Below, in pieces: positions 10,047 to 19,750 of a stretch of DNA of 45,456 nucleotides. Source of the DNA: Promethearchaeota archaeon. GTDB taxonomy: Archaea > Asgardarchaeota > Lokiarchaeia > Sigyniarchaeales > SOKP01. Below the pieces are notes generated by a model. It had not been told where the DNA came from and searched no databases. It saw only the letters and a program-made list of their open reading frames with translations. Position numbers and translations under genes: made by a program. The first letter of the stretch is position 1; every line of letters begins with the position of its first letter. The stretch is from contig RDOE01000020.1 in NCBI GenBank assembly GCA_011364975.1, positions 1 to 45,456 on the forward strand, read 5' to 3'.

Positions 10047-11240
10047 ATGGCAAAAGTTACACCTAAAATTTTAGATGAAAAACTTGCTGAACTACAAGAA
10101 GATGGTATCCCAGAAGACTTAATTGAAAAAATAAAAACAAAAGTAAAAAATGAAATCTTAGAAGAAGAACAATTGGAATACCTTCTAAATAAGGTTTATA
10201 TTAACTTCAATAATGCTATAGTAGAGACTAGTGAACCAGTTGGTACGGTAGCGGCTCAATCAATTGGTGAACCAGGAACACAAATGACTCTTCGAACATT
10301 CCATTATGCAGGGGTAGAAGAGTTTAGTGTGACTCAGGGATTGCCGCGGTTAATTGAAATAGTTGATGCTAGGCGATTTCCTTCAACTCCGATGATGACA
10401 GTGTTTCTTGAAAAACCTTATAATGAAAGCGAGAAAAATGCTATTAAAGTACATAATCGTATTGAACAGATTCGCATAGAACAAATTACACACGATGTGG
10501 ACTTAGATTTCGTGAATTGGAATATTATTATCAATGTTATCCCAGAAATTTGTGAAAGCAAGGGTATTGACATAGAACTGATTCCCGAAATTTTGAAAAG
10601 GTATAAGAAAAAAGGGACAATAAAACGTGAAGGTAATTCAATAATAATAGATCCGGGAATTGAGGATCTTCAAAGCCTACAGAAATTGCGGGAAAAAATC
10701 CTAAAGAAAGTAGTAAAAGGAATTAGGGGCGTAAAAAGAGGATTACTTACACCTTCAGATGATAATAAAGAATGGTTAATTAAAACCGAGGGAACTAACT
10801 TACAATCCGTCGTTCAAATTGACGGTGTGGATACAACCCGTTCAGTTTCAAATCATATTCATGAAATTGAAAAATTATATGGTATTGAAGCAGCAAGGAA
10901 TATGATCATTAAAGAATCGCAGAAGGTTTTAGAACAACAAGGATTAGATGTTGATTTACGACACTTATTAATATTATCTGACCTAATGTGTGTTGGAGGA
11001 GTCATTCAATCAATTGGTAGACATGGGATCTCGGGATCAAAATCTAGTGTATTTGCGAGAGCTGCTTTTGAAGTGACTGTTAATCAGTTATTGGACGCGG
11101 GGCTTTATGGTGAGGAGGAAAAATTACTTGGAATCCCTGAAAATGTCATTATTGGGCAAGTAAGTCCCATAGGCACAGGAAGGGTTTCGATCATGTTTGA
11201 TTTAGATGCGAATTTAGAAATCCTTAAAAGTAAGAAATAG
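10047..11240 (+). CDS. rpoA2: DNA-directed RNA polymerase subunit A'' (Rpo1C)
   Basis: [46 protein letters not shown]. Confidence 0.99.
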   Translation: MAKVTPKILDEKLAELQEDGIPEDLIEKIKTKVKNEILEEEQLEYLLNKVYINFNNAIVETSEPVGTVAAQSIGEPGTQMTLRTFHYAGVEEFSVTQGLPRLIEIVDARRFPSTPMMTVFLEKPYNESEKNAIKVHNRIEQIRIEQITHDVDLDFVNWNIIINVIPEICESKGIDIELIPEILKRYKKKGTIKREGNSIIIDPGIEDLQSLQKLREKILKKVVKGIRGVKRGLLTPSDDNKEWLIKTEGTNLQSVVQIDGVDTTRSVSNHIHEIEKLYGIEAARNMIIKESQKVLEQQGLDVDLRHLLILSDLMCVGGVIQSIGRHGISGSKSSVFARAAFEVTVNQLLDAGLYGEEEKLLGIPENVIIGQVSPIGTGRVSIMFDLDANLEILKSKK

Positions 11241-11329
11241 GCGAATTAGCGTTAAAAATTTAAATTATTATGTATTTAATTTTATTACTATATTTTTAAG
11301 ATTTAAAAAGGAAATTCGTAGTAAGGACT

Positions 11330-11704
11330 ATGGCAAGAAAAAGCAAAAAAATCGATGAATCTATCGATTTATCTCGGAAGAAAGTAAAAGAATTTGACAT
11401 TGATACTAACATAAAAGTAGCTTATAAGACTGGAAAAATTTTATATGGCAGAAGTCAAGTTCTCAAACAAATCAGACAATCTCCTTTTAAAATGATAATC
11501 ATTGCCAATAACTGTCCCAAAGAATTAGAGACTCAAATCAAATATTATAATACTCTAATTGAAAATAGTGTATTTATTCATACTTATAAAGGTTCATCAT
11601 GGGATTTAGGATTAGCCATGGGAAAACCTTATATGATTTCTGTTATTGGTATAAATGATTTTGGAGACTCTGATTTATTATCCTTAAAAACTAAGAGAAA
11701 TTAA
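11330..11704 (+). CDS. rpl30e: 50S ribosomal protein L30e (eL30)
   Basis: KTGK..YG, IIIANNCP, YKGSSWDLG..MGKPY, GDSDL; canonical position after rpoA2. Confidence 0.93.
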   Translation: MARKSKKIDESIDLSRKKVKEFDIDTNIKVAYKTGKILYGRSQVLKQIRQSPFKMIIIANNCPKELETQIKYYNTLIENSVFIHTYKGSSWDLGLAMGKPYMISVIGINDFGDSDLLSLKTKRN

Positions 11705-11711
11705 AGAGTAA

Positions 11712-12200
11712 GTGAATTACTTCAGCATGTTACGTAAAAATATCAGAATTGATAGAAAATCAATGGAACTTATTTCGCTGTTTAATAACATCACTGGAGC
11801 TATAATAAAAGATTGCTTTATTTTCGAATCACCTGAAAATGACTCTGAGATAATAATCTTTCTTGTTAAGAAAGAAGACGTTGGAAAAGCAATTGGAAAA
11901 GCAGGAGAACATGTTAAAGACTTAATGGCGAAATTACAGAAAAAGATAGATGTTATTCCTTGGTCTGAAAATCTGGAAGAATTTATTCAATATATATTAA
12001 ACACGACTAAAACTACAATAAAAGTTCAAACTATTGAAATTAAAGAAAGTAAAAACTTAAAAAAAACGGTAATCATATCAGTTCGCCCTCAAGATCGTGG
12101 TAAAGCAATAGGCAAAGAGGGCTCTATGATACGAAAAGTAAAAGAGCTTGTTTTACGACATTATGAAGTAGATAATGTAATTATCAACACAAAAAATTAA
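11712..12200 (+). CDS. nusA: Archaeal NusA (two KH domains)
   Basis: Two GKAIGK.G KH motifs; synteny; start may be ATG at 11727. Confidence 0.93.
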   Translation: MNYFSMLRKNIRIDRKSMELISLFNNITGAIIKDCFIFESPENDSEIIIFLVKKEDVGKAIGKAGEHVKDLMAKLQKKIDVIPWSENLEEFIQYILNTTKTTIKVQTIEIKESKNLKKTVIISVRPQDRGKAIGKEGSMIRKVKELVLRHYEVDNVIINTKN

Positions 12201-12294
12201 ATACTTTACTTTCTAAATTCAAAAATTTTAAGTTTAAGGAAATAATTTATAATCTATATCAAATTCTTTCAAAGTTTTATTAAGGTATAAAAGA

Positions 12295-12729
12295 ATGTCG
12301 AAGCCTAAAGGTTTGTACGCTGCACGAAAGTTAAGAAACAATAGGAAAAAGTTGCGATGGAGCAAAACTAAATTTAAAAGGAAGAAATTAAAGTTAAAAC
12401 AGAAAGTAGATCCACTTGAAGGTGCTCCTCAAGCACTGGGTATTGTACTACAAAAAGTAGGACGAGAAAGTAAACAACCAAATTCAGCAATTCGAAAATG
12501 TGTACGTGTCCAACTTAAGAAGAATGGAAAAGGAGTCACGGCTTTTCTTCCCGGTGATGGTGCGCTTAACTTCATAGAAGAACATGATCGAGTAATTGTA
12601 GAAGGTATTGGGGGTGCTAAAGGTAGATCGATTGGTGATCTTCCTGGTGTAAGATGGAAGGTGGTAAAAGTCAATGGTGTTTCTTTAGATGCATTAATAA
12701 AAGGTATAAAAGAGAAACCAATGAGGTAA
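12295..12729 (+). CDS. rps12: 30S ribosomal protein S12 (uS12)
   Basis: [28 protein letters not shown]. Confidence 0.98.
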   Translation: MSKPKGLYAARKLRNNRKKLRWSKTKFKRKKLKLKQKVDPLEGAPQALGIVLQKVGRESKQPNSAIRKCVRVQLKKNGKGVTAFLPGDGALNFIEEHDRVIVEGIGGAKGRSIGDLPGVRWKVVKVNGVSLDALIKGIKEKPMR

Positions 12730-12733
12730 AATC

Positions 12734-13351
12734 ATGAGTAAGGAAAAAACAGAGATTAAACTTTTTGATAAATGGTCTTTTGAAGGCGTTGAAATTAGCG
12801 ATTGGACTTTAGCGAGTTATATTAATTTGAAACCAATAATTGTTCCTCATTCAGCAGGAAGACACGAACACCGCCGATTTTGGAAATCAAGCAAGGTATC
12901 TATAATCGAGCGTTTTGTAAATCGGTTATTAGCACCCGGTTTTATTGGAAGTAAAATTAAAGGTCATAAAAGTTCCTATAATTCTGGTAAAAAAATGAAA
13001 CTTCTAAGAAGTATAGAAAATGCTTTCACTTTAATGGAGATTAACACTGGTGAAAATCCAATCCAGGTTTTAATTGATGCCATCTGCAATACCGCTCCCA
13101 GAGAAGAAACTACACGAATTGCTTTAGGAGGGATAAGTTATGCGTCAGCAGTGGATATCTCACCACAGCGAAGAGTTGACCTCGCAATCAAATATCTTGT
13201 TCAAGCTATAGGTGGTAGATCTCATTCTAATGAAAGACAATTTGAATTAAATTTAGCTCAAGAATTAATCCAAGCTGCTCAGAATAGCCAAGAATCAAGA
13301 GCAGTGAAAAGAAAGGATGAAATTGAGAGAATAGCTGTATCGGCGCGTTAA
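12734..13351 (+). CDS. rps7: 30S ribosomal protein S7 (uS7)
   Basis: PHSAGRH, NPIQVL..AI.N..PREETTRI, VDISPQRRVD. Confidence 0.97.
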   Translation: MSKEKTEIKLFDKWSFEGVEISDWTLASYINLKPIIVPHSAGRHEHRRFWKSSKVSIIERFVNRLLAPGFIGSKIKGHKSSYNSGKKMKLLRSIENAFTLMEINTGENPIQVLIDAICNTAPREETTRIALGGISYASAVDISPQRRVDLAIKYLVQAIGGRSHSNERQFELNLAQELIQAAQNSQESRAVKRKDEIERIAVSAR

Positions 13352-13455
13352 AATATTCTCTTTCAAACAATTTTTTAACTGCTTATACAATTATAGTAAA
13401 TTCTTTATTAAATTCTAACTTGAGATAGGTAAAATAGTAATTATCATTTTTTAAA

Positions 13456-14412
13456 ATGCTAAATATTAAAGTCGATCTCTTTAATGATGCAATCGATCTA
13501 AGAGAACTGGCTGCTTTAAGTTACGATATTAAGAAAAAAGTTGGCATTTTACATAAAATGGATACTTTTGATGATATTCAGCAAGAATTAGAAGAACTTA
13601 GAAAGAAATATAGATTTTTTCTCTTTAGAGCTTATTGCGAGTCTCAATTAACAGGTTTTCTTTTATTATTAGTGAATACCCCTAAGTTTGGTATTCCATG
13701 GGATTGGCATCCACTTGTTTTACCTAATACTAAAGAAAATTACATAGCAGACGAATTAATAAAAAAACTTATTGAATTCTCAAAAAAAGAAGATATTAAC
13801 CGATTAGAAGTAGGTTTTACAATTGAAAACAAGGTTCATGAATCTCTTTTTTTAAAACAAGTAAACTGGTATCAGAAACAAGGTTTTTACAAGTTAGCTG
13901 AAGAAGCAACTTTGGAGTTGTTACTTGATAAATATAAACTTGAACCGATAACTTTACCTCATAATTACGAAGTAAAAACTCTAGATCAAGTAAATCGGAA
14001 AAAATTGCCTCAAATTGCATATGAGGTATTTGATAATAGCGAAGATTTGATGTTCTTGAACTTAGGAGAAGAGGAAAAAAAGATTATGTGTAAGAAATAT
14101 TTCGATTTATCAGAGCCAATACTCGAGGATGCATCCTATATTTTATTTTTAGAAAAAAATATTATTGGATTTTCAGTAATAAAGGCTCATAATGATGAAA
14201 CAATACTTAATTCTATTGGAATCATTCCTGAATACCGAAATAAAGGATTAGCTAAATTATTATTGTTATATAGCCTAAATAGGTTGAAAGAAAAGGGAGT
14301 TAAGAAAATCTTATTAGATGTTACTATCGAAAATACATCTGCATATAATCTTTATTCAGGAATAGGTTTTAAAAAATCATTTTCAACGATTATCTATGCA
14401 TATATCTGTTAA
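13456..14412 (+). CDS. Tandem GNAT family N-acetyltransferase
   Basis: C-terminal IGIIPEYRNKGLA and N..AYNLY...GF motifs; degenerate N-terminal GNAT repeat. Confidence 0.85.
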   Translation: MLNIKVDLFNDAIDLRELAALSYDIKKKVGILHKMDTFDDIQQELEELRKKYRFFLFRAYCESQLTGFLLLLVNTPKFGIPWDWHPLVLPNTKENYIADELIKKLIEFSKKEDINRLEVGFTIENKVHESLFLKQVNWYQKQGFYKLAEEATLELLLDKYKLEPITLPHNYEVKTLDQVNRKKLPQIAYEVFDNSEDLMFLNLGEEEKKIMCKKYFDLSEPILEDASYILFLEKNIIGFSVIKAHNDETILNSIGIIPEYRNKGLAKLLLLYSLNRLKEKGVKKILLDVTIENTSAYNLYSGIGFKKSFSTIIYAYIC

Positions 14413-14455
14413 AAATTAAAAAAAAAATGAATGGGTATTATTTTTTACTATTTTA

Positions 14456-15658
14456 TTATACTGATGATGCAAAAGAATACAATAAAATTATAAGTGCAAC
14501 ATATGCAACGAAAAGAAAGGCAGTATATAAGATACGTTCTCTCAGATTCTTTATTTGGTCAATCTTATACCATCTTACTCCAACTGGGATCGTCAAAGCC
14601 CAGGGGACTAATAAATCGAGTATTTCACTAAAATTAAATCCATTACTAATTGCATAATGAGTACCCCAAAAGGGAACCATCATTCCTAACGCTAAGATTT
14701 GTATCAATAATATATGATATGTTGATTTTCCAATCGTAGAAATATTCTTTGCTAATCTTCCCTCTGGATTTTTTGGTAAGTAGCGTAATGCGAGGAGTAC
14801 TAAAAAGGCAGAATAGGGAAATACAAGAAAGTGATAGTCTCCTCTTAATAGTGGGAATCCATCTATCCTAATTCGAAAACCAAAAAACTGGTATCCTACA
14901 AGATAAGCTAAACTTAGTGGAAATAAAATCCACATAAAAAAATTATGCTTACTTTGAAGCTTATGATCTTGAGAAAACCAAAATCCTAATCCAATTCCAG
15001 ATAGGTAAAATAGTACACTTGTCATAAACAGATTTAAAATATGACGTTCTTCCCATGATGTGATTTCTCCAATAAAGAAAAATACTATTAATTGCAGGGC
15101 AATTTCAATAATAAACGTTAAAATCAATGTTAATTTTGGTTTTTTAGTAAATCCATAGTAGATCAATGGAGCGATGAGAATCGATTGTAAGATAACTGGA
15201 ATAAACCAATTACCTGGACCCCAAAAAGGTAATATGCCCGTAAAAAGGTTTATAATCCCCCAAGTAGGATAAGTTTGAGTGTTATACATTTCAATAATAT
15301 TAAAATTATAGAGAATCCATCCTGTAATCGTAGATACTAGATATAACACAAGAAAAGGTATGATGTACCTTAGAACTTTTTTCTTTAAATATTGGCGTGA
15401 ATATAGCTCCCGCAATGTTTTTGCTCCACTCCTTCTGAATGAATTTCCTAAATTGAAACCCATTATTACTAAAAACACTGGTATGGATATTCTTTCCCAG
15501 AGAGCTACCCCAATTAAACTCTTTATATCCCAGTAGACTATATGATCATATATTACAAGAAAAATCATAATAGCTTTTAGAAAATCAATTTGAAAGTAAT
15601 TATATTCACGATTCTCTTGCTCACTCTCTTCGGACTTTAATATAAGTTCTTCTTTCAT
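14456..15658 (-). CDS. Acyltransferase-3 (OafA-like) membrane acyltransferase
   Basis: QIDFLKAIMIFLVIYDH, SIPVFLVIMGF, GNWFI, IGKSTYHILLIQ; multi-TM; start placed at ATG 15658 (track starts at 15724). Confidence 0.8.
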   Translation of the reverse strand: MKEELILKSEESEQENREYNYFQIDFLKAIMIFLVIYDHIVYWDIKSLIGVALWERISIPVFLVIMGFNLGNSFRRSGAKTLRELYSRQYLKKKVLRYIIPFLVLYLVSTITGWILYNFNIIEMYNTQTYPTWGIINLFTGILPFWGPGNWFIPVILQSILIAPLIYYGFTKKPKLTLILTFIIEIALQLIVFFFIGEITSWEERHILNLFMTSVLFYLSGIGLGFWFSQDHKLQSKHNFFMWILFPLSLAYLVGYQFFGFRIRIDGFPLLRGDYHFLVFPYSAFLVLLALRYLPKNPEGRLAKNISTIGKSTYHILLIQILALGMMVPFWGTHYAISNGFNFSEILDLLVPWALTIPVGVRWYKIDQIKNLRERILYTAFLFVAYVALIILLYSFASSV

Positions 15659-15933
15659 GATAATCCATTTGAATTTTAACTTTTTTGCGTTAAATTTATT
15701 GCTAATGAAGTAATCTAAAAACATTTAATTTATATTGAATTTGGAGTCCAATGGTTATTTGTCAATCAAAAATTAAAAATTATTCTTCCCATATACATCA
15801 AATCTTTTAAAATATCACCTAGATATTACGTAACTATCTTTAAAAGACGAAAAATTCCTAATTCTTATATATTGCTTCAGTCTAATATTAAGTTAAGCAA
15901 CTGAGTTAAAAATTAACAGGGTTAAGGCCTAAC

Positions 15934-17901
15934 ATGAATCCCGACAAAAATTATGATATTTTAGGAAAACAATTAAAAACGTTAGGTCAGAAAATCAGAA
16001 TAGACATATTAACGAAATTAGATAACTATAATGAGCCAATACCTTACTCCACGCTTCAAAAAGAAGTTTTAGGGTCAAATGCAAATTCGTCAAATTTTTC
16101 ATTTCATTTAAAAATGTTAAAAAATAATGATTTAATTGATTCTACCGATTATGGATATTCTTTAAGTGAATTAGGAAGACAAATTCTGAAGAGAATTCTC
16201 TCAATTGAAGAGATTTTGAATAATCAAAATAAAACCATAATGATAAGAACCTCTAAATATTCGAAAGAACCCTTTAACATTAACAAAATTGAAGAATATT
16301 TGATTAAAGAAGGAAAAATGGAAAATATTTCAGCCAAACAGATAGCTCGTGAGGTTGAAGAACGGCTTTCTAAAACTAAAATTAGCTATTTAACAGCACC
16401 ACTGATGAGAGAATACATTAATGCTATTCTTCTGGAAAATGGATTAGAAGAGGTTAGACATCGATTAACTAGATTAGGAACGCCTCCCTTCGAAGTTGAA
16501 CAATATTTTAAGAATGAATCCTTGAATCCTGAACAACTTATAAACAAGCTTGGTTCGGAGTCATCAGAACAATATCTTTTATTGAATTTGCTTCCCAAAA
16601 GTCTAGCAGATCTATATTTATCGGGGGAGATCTTGCTCCTCAATTTGAATTATTGGAGTTTAAGACCACTAAGCTTCTATATAAACACAGAGTCGATTTT
16701 AGAAAATATTAGAGATAATAGGAATGACCTAAAAAATCTTTCAATACAATTTCTTGAAATTTTAAAGAACTTATCTCCTTTTATTTCAGGAGATTTAGTA
16801 CTTGGCAACTTTAATTCTGCATATCTCTCGCAATTTAATAACTTAACAGACCTATCCAATATATTAACTCTTCTTTATCCGTTATTTTTAGAAATCAATC
16901 TCAAATCGAATGATTTCAGATCCCATTTAACTTTAGAATTTTCCTCATCTAATCAAAATCAAATAAATGATTCAAAAATCTCAATAGAAGATATTTTCAA
17001 GGTATACTTAAATTTAAAAACTCAATATATCAAAGGAGATACTAATCAGATTAGTCCCACCATTTTATTTGACTATACTTGCCGTGATTTTACAGAAAAA
17101 GAAAACTATAACATGTTGAGCACAATATCATCAAATTTAAACTCAGATCTCATATTCTTTAATGGGAAAACTCCACAACTACTAGATTCTCATTGTGTGA
17201 ATATAAAAGGGCTTAATGAAGAAAAAAAATATAATAACAAAATAGTTTTAGATAAAATTTTGATAAATCTTCATAGAATTTCCTTAGATTCACGAAAAGT
17301 CGATGATCTCTTCAATGATATCTTAAAAGAAAAACTGAGTCAAGTTTTTGATTTATTTAGATTAAAAAAACAATTGGTATGTAAGAGATTAGAATCTTTA
17401 AATCAATGGAAGAATATAAAATCAAGATATATTAATTTTAATGATCCAAAGTTATTTGATAATGCCGTAAAATCTATAAGCTTCTTTGGCTTAAATGAGG
17501 CTGTAGGGTATCATTGTGGAATTGAGCTTGATAGAATTGACACGAGTGAGAAATTCGCACTAAATATTTTAAGTAACATGAAGAAGATAATTGAGGAAAG
17601 AAATAATGATGAAAATGAGTTTTTTTCATTATCTCAGCCTCACAATTGTAACTATGTTTACGAATCTTGCGAAAAAAATCAATTTCCGGATAACTATAAG
17701 CCGTTCCTTTATACCTCAAATATAATACGGGAAGATTGTAATTTACCATTAGATGAAAAAATTCAAATTTTTAAGAAATTTGAAAAATTTTTAGATGGAG
17801 GCTCTTTATTTCAGGTAAAGAACGAAAATGGTAAGAATAATTTTATTAAGCTTTTTAAATCCATATCCAACTCTAGGTTAAACGCATTCTTAATAAATTA
17901 A
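15934..17901 (+). CDS. Winged-HTH + ATP-cone + degenerate class III ribonucleotide reductase (NrdD)-like protein; probable regulator
   Basis: ArsR-like HTH (RIDIL...SSNFSFHLKML...YSLSELG), ATP-cone (IRTS...EPFNINKI...LTAPLMREYIN..L), NrdD remnants (INLHRI, SISFFGLNEAV, YTSN, GGSL); no glycyl-radical C-terminus. Confidence 0.75.
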   Translation: MNPDKNYDILGKQLKTLGQKIRIDILTKLDNYNEPIPYSTLQKEVLGSNANSSNFSFHLKMLKNNDLIDSTDYGYSLSELGRQILKRILSIEEILNNQNKTIMIRTSKYSKEPFNINKIEEYLIKEGKMENISAKQIAREVEERLSKTKISYLTAPLMREYINAILLENGLEEVRHRLTRLGTPPFEVEQYFKNESLNPEQLINKLGSESSEQYLLLNLLPKSLADLYLSGEILLLNLNYWSLRPLSFYINTESILENIRDNRNDLKNLSIQFLEILKNLSPFISGDLVLGNFNSAYLSQFNNLTDLSNILTLLYPLFLEINLKSNDFRSHLTLEFSSSNQNQINDSKISIEDIFKVYLNLKTQYIKGDTNQISPTILFDYTCRDFTEKENYNMLSTISSNLNSDLIFFNGKTPQLLDSHCVNIKGLNEEKKYNNKIVLDKILINLHRISLDSRKVDDLFNDILKEKLSQVFDLFRLKKQLVCKRLESLNQWKNIKSRYINFNDPKLFDNAVKSISFFGLNEAVGYHCGIELDRIDTSEKFALNILSNMKKIIEERNNDENEFFSLSQPHNCNYVYESCEKNQFPDNYKPFLYTSNIIREDCNLPLDEKIQIFKKFEKFLDGGSLFQVKNENGKNNFIKLFKSISNSRLNAFLIN

Positions 17902-17930
17902 AGGGAATAGAAAATTAAGCAAATAAAACC

Positions 17931-18854
17931 TTAATCAGATAACAATTCTGATAAAACAGCTTTTCTCGTTGGTATTCCATAATAAGCTTGTTTAAAGAAT
18001 ATCGATTTTGGTGAATTATCAATTTCAGGGGATATTTCATCCACTCTCGGTAATGGATGCATTAGTTTAAAATGATCTTTAGTTTCCTTTAGATCATCTT
18101 TAGTGAATATATAAAACCCTTTTACTCTATCATACTCTTCAATATCAGCAAATCTCTCCTTTTGAATACGTGTTACATATAAAACATCAAGAACATTTAA
18201 AATATCTCGATATTTCTCAATTTCTTTGTATTTTACTTCTTTTTGACGCAAATAGTCTTTGTCTCTATTCCTTAACATTAACTCTTTTGGGCTTATAAAA
18301 TAAATGTTCACATCAAAATTTGAAAGTAAGATACTTAATGAATGAACAGTCCTTCCATACTTTAAATCACCCATAATGCCAATGTTTAGTCCATCCAACT
18401 TTAAACCTTCATGAACCATCGTAAATAAATCCAAAAGTGCTTGAGTAGGATGTTCCCCACTACCAGAACCCGCATTTATAACAGGAACTTTAGAAAATTT
18501 AGCTGCTAATAAGGCTGAACCTTCAAGGCTATGCCGAATAACGATTCCATCGCAATAATTTTCAACGGTTCGAATGGTATCTGCCAATGTTTCTCCTTTT
18601 TTGATTGAGGAAACATCACCAGAGTGAAATCCAATTATCTGACCCCCTAATCTAATCATTGCGGATTCAAAACTTAATCGTGTGCGAGTAGACGGTTCAA
18701 AAAATAAGGTTGCTAAAATCTTTCCTTTTAGTAAATCTCGATATTTTTTATCATCTCTCATTTCATTTGCTCGCTTTAAAATGTACTCAATATCTTCACG
18801 ATTAAAATCCTTAGCTGATATTATCCCCTCTTTAAATTTCTCCTTGAAGTTCAT
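17931..18854 (-). CDS. pyrB: Aspartate carbamoyltransferase catalytic subunit
   Basis: FFEPSTRTRLSF, HPTQALLD, GDLKYGRTVHSL, MHPLPR. Confidence 0.98.
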   Translation of the reverse strand: MNFKEKFKEGIISAKDFNREDIEYILKRANEMRDDKKYRDLLKGKILATLFFEPSTRTRLSFESAMIRLGGQIIGFHSGDVSSIKKGETLADTIRTVENYCDGIVIRHSLEGSALLAAKFSKVPVINAGSGSGEHPTQALLDLFTMVHEGLKLDGLNIGIMGDLKYGRTVHSLSILLSNFDVNIYFISPKELMLRNRDKDYLRQKEVKYKEIEKYRDILNVLDVLYVTRIQKERFADIEEYDRVKGFYIFTKDDLKETKDHFKLMHPLPRVDEISPEIDNSPKSIFFKQAYYGIPTRKAVLSELLSD

Positions 18855-19012
18855 AATTAATACCCAATGTTTTATTAAAAGTATAGAAGTACTCCTTATA
18901 TTGTTTTGTATAAAATTTTCCTTATCTATTAAGGAAATTAAACAGAACTAATAAAATTTAAAATTTATCAATAATTAAATTAGTTATTCTTACATCAAAA
19001 GGTTGCTATAAC

Positions 19013-19294
19013 TTGAGATACCCAAAAACAATGAACCGGTACTGTCCGTACTGTAGGAAACATACTAAACACAATGTAACAATCTATAAGAAAGGAAAAG
19101 AGCGTATGTTGAATCATGGACGTCGAAGGTTAGAAAGGAAAAAACGTGGTTATGGAAGCTTCCCAAAGGAAATATTTCATAAGAATGCTAAGCTAAATAA
19201 GAGAACATTACCAATGTTAGAATGTTCGGAATGCAATAAAAAACACTACGCTAAATCTTATCGAGTAAAGCGCCTAGAATTACAAGAAGCTTAA
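19013..19294 (+). CDS. rpl44e: 50S ribosomal protein L44e (eL42)
   Basis: YCPYCRKHTKH, GYGSFPK, LECSEC; TTG start. Confidence 0.95.
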   Translation: MRYPKTMNRYCPYCRKHTKHNVTIYKKGKERMLNHGRRRLERKKRGYGSFPKEIFHKNAKLNKRTLPMLECSECNKKHYAKSYRVKRLELQEA

Positions 19295-19307
19295 AAGGTG
19301 ATAAAAA

Positions 19308-19514
19308 ATACCAAGAAAAGCAAGACCAAAACCATTAATACCTCAACCAAATAGTAGATTCTTAAGAGTTAAATGCTTAAATTGTGGAAATCAACAGATT
19401 ATTTTTGGATGTTCTGCTACTGATGTTGCCTGTTTAGTATGCGGTAAAACATTGTTACAATCCACTGGTGGAAAAGCAAGGATTTTAACAAAAATTTTAG
19501 AAGTTTTATCATAA
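19308..19514 (+). CDS. rps27e: 30S ribosomal protein S27e (eS27), ATA start, missed by the ORF track
   Basis: (M)[67 protein letters not shown]; SD GGTGA at 19297-19301; in-frame TAA at 19302-19304. Confidence 0.95.
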   Translation: MPRKARPKPLIPQPNSRFLRVKCLNCGNQQIIFGCSATDVACLVCGKTLLQSTGGKARILTKILEVLS

Positions 19515-19573
19515 TTCCTTTTATAAATATTAAACAATATTCAAATCTAATTGTTTATTTTGTCCATGTAAAT

Positions 19574-19595
19574 TCGTGAAACCACACTTTCACGA
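19574..19595. repeat. Perfect 8-bp inverted repeat (TCGTGAAA-6nt-TTTCACGA) in intergenic DNA
   Basis: Seen directly between rps27e and the P-type ATPase; function unknown. Confidence 0.5.
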
Positions 19596-19750
19596 TCATT
19601 GTTATATATAGTAGTATAATTAAGGTATTTTTAGGGTTATACTTAAAAGTGCTAAATAACTAATTTTAGATTATCCTTTTTTTTAAAATTTAAACGAAAT
19701 TTAAATAAACTTCAAATAATTCATGCATCAGAAATAAAAAAAAAAACTAC

